Source: Macrostomum lignano (lineage: Eukaryota). Taken from it: a stretch of DNA of 64,000 nt. The notes below the pieces were generated by a model. It worked only from the letters and a program-made list of their open reading frames with translations. It did no database searches and was not told where the DNA came from. A program made the translations under genes and the position numbers. Of this stretch, positions 56,215 to 64,000 are shown one piece after another. Location: contig NIVC01000312.1 of the NCBI GenBank assembly GCA_002269645.1, forward strand, positions 310,001-374,000, read 5' to 3'. How positions within the stretch are numbered: the first letter of the stretch is position 1; each line of letters starts with the position of its first letter.

Positions 56215-57405
56215 ATGGATCCTCTATTTCAAGCTTTGAGCCTATTTCGTCGAAGAAAATATGAAAAATGCATTGAAAAATGCACAGAAATACTAGACAA
56301 GAATTCATATGATGAGGTAATTAGTACAAATTAATTTTTTTACTAAAAGTTCTTTCAGTTCCATTTTAGGTAGTTGGTCAATTCTGACAAATGCACAATT
56401 TTTATCAACTTTGGTAGTTTTTTTGCGTATGTTATTTATTAATTAAAATGCTTGCTTTAGTAATAATTTAAAACCATATGATTTTTACACCATTGTAACA
56501 AAAATGTTAAAAAGTGGCACCTAGAATTTATTGCTTTTTGTAGACAAATGATACAGAATCTAAATACAAGTTAATTTACTCTTTTTAGTTAAAATTAATT
56601 GTATAAAACAGGATAAATTATACACAAAATATTTTTATTAATTTAAGATCTTAATACCGCTATTATATTGCATTACATCAGACTGCTATTTAACTCCTAT
56701 TATAAAATAGGCAAAAACTGCAATTTTACTTTTGTATAATTGATTATATAATAACCTCCATATTCTATTATCTTTCTCATTTTTTCTACAGAAACCATGC
56801 ATAATAGTTTTAAACTTGTTAATAAAGATTCACATATACAATGAAGTACACTTCCAGTAGTATACAACGCATTAAAAAAAACAGAATTTCATTGCATAAA
56901 TTTAAAACAGGCCGCTTGGCTTCTGAAGATGCAGGCCCTCACCGAGCAGGTCTACGTTGACGATATTGAAAATGACGAGGACGGCATGGCCGAGGGCCTC
57001 CTGGACGACTCCGCCATCGCTTCTGTGGCCCGGCCGGGCACCTCACTGAGGGTTGCCACCGCTGGCGGCGGCTCTGGAGGCCTGCAGCAGGCGATGCGGC
57101 CGTCCACTCAGTCTGGCCGGCCCGTCACCGGCTTCGTCAGGCCCGGCACGCAGGGCTCCGGGGCCGGCTCGCTGGAACAGGTCTGCCTGTGTCTGCCCGT
57201 GTGTCTGCCCGTGTGTCTGCCTGTGTGTCTGTCTGTCTGTCTGCCCGTGTGTCTGTCCGTGTGTGTGTCTGTCTGCCTGTCTGTGCGCCCGTGTGTCTGT
57301 CTGTGTGTCTGCCAGTGTGTCTACCTGTGCATGTCTGTCTGTCTGTCTGTCTGTCTGTCTGCCCGTGTGTCTGTCTGTGTGTCTGCCAGTGTGTCTACCT
57401 GTGCA

Positions 57406-57454
<49 letters not shown>

Positions 57455-57499
57455 GCCCGTGTGTCTGTCTGTGTGTCTGCCAGTGTGTCTACCTGTGCA

Positions 57500-57536
<37 letters not shown>

Positions 57537-60500
57537 CTCTTTCTGTCTGTCTGTGTATTAGCCTGTCCATAAGCCTGTGCCCGCACTTCACTCATGAATA
57601 CCCAACCCTTCCCCATCAAACCCTCTCTCAGGCTCTGAAGACGCCTCGAACCGCGTCGAACGCTCGCCCAGTGACGTCATCATCTGGCCGGCTGGTCCGT
57701 CTTGGCACAGCCTCCATGCTGAGCAGCCCGGATGGACCCTTCATCAATTTGAGCCGATTGAACTTTGCCAAATACGCCCCAAAACCGCAGATGAGTCGGG
57801 CGCTATTCGAGTACATTTTGTATCACGAGAACGACGTTAGAACGGCTCTTCAACTTGCTGCCATGGCGACCGAGGCGCACCAGTTCCAGGACTGGTGGTG
57901 GAAGCTGCAGCTGGCCAGGTGCTACTACAAGCTGGGCCTGTTCAGAGACTGCGAGCAGCAGCTGCGATCCGCCATGAAGCAGCAGGAGTGCCTGGAAAGC
58001 TATTTGTTGCTAGGCAAAGTGTACACCAAGCTCGACCAGCCGCTTGCGGCCATAGACAACTACAGTCAGGGCCTCACTAAGTTTCCCAACGACCGCTGTC
58101 TGCTTACTGGATTGGCTCGGATTCAGGAGGTTGGAGACTCTCCGAGTTGCCGGGGATTGGGGTTGGATTAAGGATTAAGGTTGGATTAAGGATTGGGGTT
58201 GGATTAAGGATTGGGGTTGGATTAAGGATTGGGGTTGGATTAAGGATTGGGGTTGGATTAAGGATTGGGGTTGGATTAAGGATTGGGGTTGGATTAAGGA
58301 TTGGGGTTGGATTAAGGATTGGGGTTGGATTAAGGATTGGGGTTGGATTAAGTTTTAGGGTTAGATTATGAAATAGCGTTAGATTAAGGATTAGGTTAAA
58401 CTAAGGATTAGAAGGCTAGATGAAGGATTAGGGTTAGATTAGAGATTAAAGTTAGATTTAGTATTAGAGTTAGAGGTTGGAATATGGCAGAGGGCGGATT
58501 GGGGTAGAGGGCGGATCGGGGCAGAGGGCGTATCGGGGCAGAGGGCGGATCGGGGCAGAGAGGCGGATTGGGGTAGAGGGCGGATTTGGGTAGAGGCCGG
58601 ATCGGTGTAGAGGGCGGATCAGGGCAGAGGGGCGGATCGGGGTAGAGGCCGGATCGGGGTAGAGGGCGGATCGGGGCAGAGGGGCGGATCGGGGCAGAGG
58701 GGCGGATCGGGGTAGAGGGGTGGATCAGGGTAGAAGGCGGATCGGGGTAGAGGGCGTATAGGGTTAGAGGGGTGGATCGGGGCAGAGGGGCGGATCGGGC
58801 AGAGGGGCGGATCGGGCAGAGGGGCGGATCGGGCAGAGGGGCGGATCGGGCAGAGGGGCGGATCGGGGCAGAGGGACGGATCGGGCAGAGGGGCGGATCG
58901 GGGTAGAGGCCAGATCGGGGCAGAGGGGCGGATCGGGGCAGAGGGCCGGATCGGGGCAGAGGGGCGGATCGGGCAGAGGGGCGGATCGGGCAGAGGGGCG
59001 GATCGGGGCAGAGGGGCGGATCGGGCAGAGGGGCGGATCGGGCAGAGGGGCGGATCGGGGCAGAGGGACGGATCGGGCAGAGGGGCGGATCGAGGCAGAG
59101 GGGCGGATCGGGCAGAGGGGCGGATCGGGCAGAGGGCGGATTGGGGTAGAGGGCGGATCGGGGCAGAGGGCGTATCGGGGCAGAGGGCGGATCGGGGCAG
59201 AGAGGCGGATTGGGGCAGAGGGACGGATCGGGGCAGAGGGGCGGATCGGGGCAGAGGGGCGGATCGGGGTAGAGGGCGGATTTGGGTAGAGGCCGGATCG
59301 GTGTAGAGGGCGGATCAGGGCAGAGGGGCGGATCGGGGTAGAGGCCGGATCGGGGTAGAGGGCGGATCGGGGCAGAGGGGCGGATCGGGGCAGAGGGGCG
59401 GATCGGGGTAGAGGGGTGGATCAGGGTAGAAGGCGGATCGGGGTAGAGGGCGTATAGGGTTAGAGGGGTGGATCGGGGCAGAGGGGCGGATCGGGCAGAG
59501 GGGCGGATCGGGCAGAGGGGCGGATCGGGGCAGAGGGACGGATCGGGCAGAGGGGCGGATCGGGGTAGAGGCCAGATCGGGGCAGAGGGGCGGATCGGGG
59601 CAGAGGGCCGGATCGGGGCAGAGGGGCGGATCGGGCAGAGGGGCGGATCGGGCAGAGGGGCGGATCGGGGCAGAGGGGCGGATCGGGCAGAGGGGCGGAT
59701 CGGGCAGAGGGGCGGATCGAGGCAGAGGGGCGGATCGGGCAGAGGGGCGGATCGAGGCAGAGGGGCGGATCGGGCAGAGGGGCGGATCGGGCAGAGGGGC
59801 GGATCGGGCAGAGGGGCGGATCGGGGCAGAGGGGCGGATCGGGCAGAGGGGCGGATCGGGCAGAGGGGCGGATCGGGCAGAGGGGCGGATCGGGCAGAGG
59901 GGCGGATCGGGCAGAGGGGCGGATCGGGCAGAGGGGCGGATCGGGCAGAGGGGCGGATCGGGCAGAGGGGCGGATCGGGCAGAGGGGCGGATCGGGCAGA
60001 GGGGCGGATCGGGCAGAGGGGCGGATCGGGGCAGAGGGGCGGATCGGGCAGAGGGGCGGATCGGGCAGAGGGGCGGATCAGATGACGCAGTTCGCACCGC
60101 CGCTACCCCACAGGGCCTTGGCAACCTGGAGAAAGCTGCCGAGTGCTACAAAGATGTTCTTCGCTACGACGCCATGAATGTGGAAGCGTTGGCGTCCATA
60201 GCGACCCAATATTTCTATAACGACCAACCTGAGCTGGCTCTGAAACTCTACAGGTGAGGAAAGAAGAGCAGAAAAGAGCAATTCCCCCGACTCCCATCGC
60301 CGCAGGCTGTGGTAGAGAGGCTGGTAATTTTCCTCAGAGATTCGTCTTCCTGCCCGACATCCCCATGCGTTTCGGCCGGCCCTAAAAACCCCTCAGGCCT
60401 CCAAAAAGAATTTTTTACAGTCTCGAGTTTCAAATCCGAGAAGGTTTGCTTCCTGAAATTAATATTTTTTTTCCTGTCAAAGAGAGATGCAGAAGCGGTT

Positions 60501-63056
60501 TCAATTGCTGAGAGTGCCGTTAGGTCTGCATGCTGACGCCTTCGAAAACTACCAACTGATTTTCGATTAAAACGCGGGCACTTCTTGACTGACTGGCAGC
60601 AAGTGACAGATGTCTGACAAATTTTGGCAAACCTTTTTTATTGCGTGCCTGCGAAACTTCTAATTTGTTCTAGGGTGGGACAGTATTAAATGACTACATT
60701 CAATGTCAATGCCTCTTGCTATAGTCATCAATGACCTCAAATCTTTAATGACCCTATTTATTCAATGACTCTAATGTATCAATGATCCTAACTCATCAAT
60801 GACCCTAAGTCATCAATGACCCTAATGTATCAATGATCCTAACTAATCAATGACCCTAAGTCATCAATGACCCTAACTCATCAATGACCCTAGCTCATCA
60901 ATGACCCTAACTCATCAATGACCCTAACTCATCAATGACCCTAAGTCATCAATGACCCTAACTCATCAATGACCCTAGCTCATCAATGACCCTAGCTCAT
61001 CAATGACCCTAGCTCATCAATGACCCTAACTCATCAATGACCCTAAGTCATCAATGACCCTAACTCATCAATGACCCTACTTGACTTACTTGACTTAGCT
61101 GCAGGGGGCTCCGTGCGTCCGGAAGCAGCGAGGAGGCGTTGCCGCCCATTTCGCTAACCCCTGATCAATGACCCTAACTCATCAATGACCCTAACTCATC
61201 TATGACCCTAACTCATCAATGACCCTAACTCATCTATGACCCTAACTCATCAATGACCCTAACTCATCTATGACCCTAACTCATCAATGACCCTAAGTCA
61301 TCAATGACCCTAATTCATCAATGACGCTAAGTCATCAATAATCCTAAGTCTTCATCATGACCCTAAATCGTTAAAAACTAGGTCATCAATGACCCTAGCC
61401 TAAGTCTCCAATAACTCATTTCTAATGACCCATTATTTCATGAGCCATGCTTACAATATTATTCATAGACGGCTGCTCCAGCTGGGACTGGCCTCCGCCG
61501 AACTCTACACCAACTTGGCCCTGTGCTGCTTTTACGCCCAGCAGTACGACATGTGCCTCACCTGCTTTGACCGCGCCATCACCGTGGCTAAGAAGGAGGA
61601 GCTGGCTGATGTGTGGTACAACCTGGGCCACGTGGCATTGGTGAGACAGTCTGCTCAATCTGCTTAAGAGGCTGCTTAAATTAGATAAAATGTATATGAT
61701 TCAGGGCAAGTTAGAAAACAGTGAGTATTGAGTAGATTAAAGTGAGTAGAGAGTAGATTACAGTGAGTATTGAGTAGATTACAGTGAGTAAGAGAGTAGA
61801 TTACATTGAGTATTGAGTAGATTACAGTGAGTAGAGAGTAGATTACAGTGAGTATTGAGTAGATTACAGTGAGTAGAGAGTAGATTACAGTGAGTAGAGA
61901 GTAGATTACAGTGACTAGAGAGAAGGCTATAACTTACAGAAGAAAGTGTAGAGGTGAGACCAAACTTCGCCCTTCAAATGTACCCCTAGCCCCACCTTTT
62001 CAAGGTGAGACGCAGATTTCCTTTCAAAACAGCGTGACCTAGCCGCTAGCTGTGCTGCTTAACCTGAAAATTCACTCAGAAGAACAGCTGCTTAATTCTT
62101 GTTATCCAAAGATAACCCAAGGAAAAAGAAACTTGTGACATTATGTACTTTTGCAGTTACTTGCTTGCTTGTATGACATATTCCCAGATAGAAAGAGTAG
62201 GAGATTATTGGTGAAATATGAGAGAGTTTGAGATCAAAATTGACGAGACAGAAAGGGTTTAAGATGAAGGGATGGGCATGAAGAGATGGACAGGAAGGAA
62301 CGTGAGATGAAGGGATGGACAGGAAAGGATGCGAGATGAAGGGATGAACATGAAGGGATAAACATGAAAGGATGGACAGAAAGGGATGTGAGATGAAGGG
62401 ATGGAAAGGAAAGGATGTGAGATGAAGGGATTGAAAGGAAGGGATGTGAGATGAAGGGATGGAAAGGAAAGGATGTGAGATAAAGAGATAGCCTGGAAGT
62501 GATATAAGATGAAGGGGTGTGAGATGAAGGGATGTGAGTTGAATGGGTGTGAGATGAAGGGGTGTGATATAATGGGATGGACAAGAAGGGATGTGAGATG
62601 AAGGGGTGTGAGATAAAGGGGTGTGAGATAAAGGGATGAATAAGAAGGGATGTGAGATGAAGCAAGGACAGAAAAGTACACAGTTACACATGGAGACTTT
62701 CCTGACAGCACCAATCCGACCGCTTCCCGCAGGCGGTGGGAGACCTCAGCCTCTCCTACCAGGCGTTCCGCTTGGCCCTATCCTACAACAACGATCACGC
62801 GGAGGCCTACAACAACTTGGGGGTGCTGGAACTGCGCCGCAACAATCTGGAGATGGCGCGCTCGTTTTTTCAAGCCGCCAGCACCCTCAGCCCGTCGATG
62901 TTCGAGCCGCACTACAATGTGGCCATCATGGCCGAGCGCATGGGTGACCTTCAATCAGCCTACCAGTCGGTCAATCGGGCCCAGCAGTTTTTCCCCAACC
63001 ATTCCGATTCCAAGGATATGCTGAATGCGCTTAAAGTACATTTCTCTGAGATTTAA
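56215..63056 (+). CDS. TTC8: Tetratricopeptide repeat protein 8 / Bardet-Biedl syndrome 8 (BBSome subunit), 501 aa
   Basis: Exons 56215-56316, 56911-57180, 57632-58129, 60114-60253, 61469-61640, 62733-63056 (1506 nt in frame). Motifs: MDPLFQALSLFRRRKYEKC, RPSTQSGRPVTGFVRPGT, RLGTASMLSSPDGPFINLSRLN, DWWWKLQLARCYYKLG, LYTNLALCCFYAQQYDM, HAEAYNNLGVLE. Confidence 0.96.
57181..57560. repeat. (CTGT/GTGT)n microsatellite, TTC8 intron 2
   Basis: Starts at the donor GT itself. Confidence 0.93.
58152..58340. repeat. Minisatellite, 18 bp (GGGGTTGGATTAAGGATT)n
   Basis: Direct inspection; TTC8 intron 3. Confidence 0.93.
58488..60080. repeat. G-rich 18-19 bp minisatellite (GGGGCAGAGGGGCGGATC)n with a 696-bp internal duplication
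   Basis: Rare variants recur at offset 696: CGGATTTGGG at 58581/59277 and GGGTTAGAGG at 58761/59457. Confidence 0.93.
60720..61400. repeat. Minisatellite, 17 bp (ATCAATGACCCTAACTC)n containing CCCTAA
   Basis: Period 17 (60901 to 60918); TTC8 intron 4. Confidence 0.93.
61080..61163 (-). mobile_element. 84-bp insertion, probable 3' end of a LINE/SINE
   Basis: Unique GC-rich segment inside the 17-bp array. The minus strand ends in a CTAAGTCAAGTAAGTCAAG microsatellite-type tail and is flanked by ATCAATGACCCTA on both sides (possible TSD, ambiguous within a repeat). Confidence 0.45.
61735..61920. repeat. Minisatellite (GAGTAGATTACAGTGAGTA..)n
   Basis: Direct inspection; TTC8 intron 5. Confidence 0.85.
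62260..62662. repeat. Purine-rich degenerate repeat (GATGTGAGATGAAGGG)n
   Basis: Direct inspection; TTC8 intron 5. Confidence 0.85.
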
Positions 63057-63292
63057 ACACAATTGATGCTCGAGTAAGGGTCGTGGAGATAGACTTCAAG
63101 ATTACACTGACGACATCTGCAATTTTACATTAAAATATCTGGTAAAAAATAAAATTCTAATACAATTGCACCTGTGATATAGGCTTTTTAAGTGCTATAT
63201 TACTGCGAGAACAAATAAAGCTAATCTCTGCTTTCAATGCTTTCACTTATAAAAGGATAGAAATTTCTTAATGTCTACTTAAAATTATTTGT

Positions 63293-63493
<201 letters not shown>

Positions 63494-63924
63494 TTGTGTC
63501 CCTATTCGATGAGCTCAAGCAATTAATTAACTCAGTGGCAGCCCTACAACCTGTGTTTATAAGACCTACAACTCTTGTCTCAGTGCCGCGTGATTAGGAA
63601 CGGTATTTGTCCCCGGGGCTGCAGCAGGGAGCCAGTTGTTTTTATTGGAGAGCTGCACAGATGAGAATTGAGGAGTATGTGGGAAGCTATCTATGTATCT
63701 ATCTATCTCTTATCTAAGTAAGATAATTAATTCTCATTGAGTGACGTCAAGCGCTTTATTTCAAGGATAAATGAACGAAGAAACTGAGAAGAAAACTCAT
63801 AGCTATGCAACACTTTCCGCATATATTTAATGATATTTGCTCTTATAGTTGGCTTTTTCGACTTCAAGGGTGTCAATTGCTCTTGGACTTAATTCCGGTC
63901 AGAATCTCCTGCGCTCAAGCCGCG

Positions 63925-64000
63925 CTTCCAGAACGGAGCTCTCTTCCAGAACGGAGCTCTCTTCCAGAACGGAGCTCTCTTCCAGAACGGAGCTCTCTTC
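63925..64000. repeat. Minisatellite, 18 bp (GAACGGAGCTCTCTTCCA)n, runs off the window end
   Basis: Period 18 (63931 to 63949). Confidence 0.85.

Overview
Eukaryotic (animal) genomic DNA, not prokaryotic. GC-rich spliced exons, polyQ/polyG tracts and introns packed with unrelated minisatellites suggest a free-living flatworm such as Macrostomum lignano; this is inference and was not searched. Seven protein-coding genes can be assembled by hand from GT-AG introns: (1) the last two exons of IST1; (2) a C-type-lectin + sushi/CCP single-pass membrane protein with an RFX X-box/TATA promoter; (3) a short DUF21/CNNM-CBS membrane protein; (4) PLEKHD1; (5) an intronless LRR transmembrane receptor; (6) a minus-strand M6PR/ATG27-family sorting receptor; (7) TTC8/BBS8. 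Mobile DNA comprises an internally deleted DD34D mariner with 198-bp TIRs, four short hAT-type MITEs with 8-bp TSDs, a decayed RTE-type LINE, a CORE-type SINE, a short LINE-like 3' tail, and two copies of a non-autonomous element end that each adjoin a minisatellite. About 35 micro/minisatellite arrays of mostly unrelated units are present. Most long ORFs in the supplied track are translations of these repeats and are not genes. No CRISPR array, rRNA or intact tRNA gene was seen. The best leads are the physical coupling of transposons and minisatellites, the X-box-marked lectin/sushi receptor, and an orphan X-box at 35.4 kb that may mark an unannotated ciliary gene.
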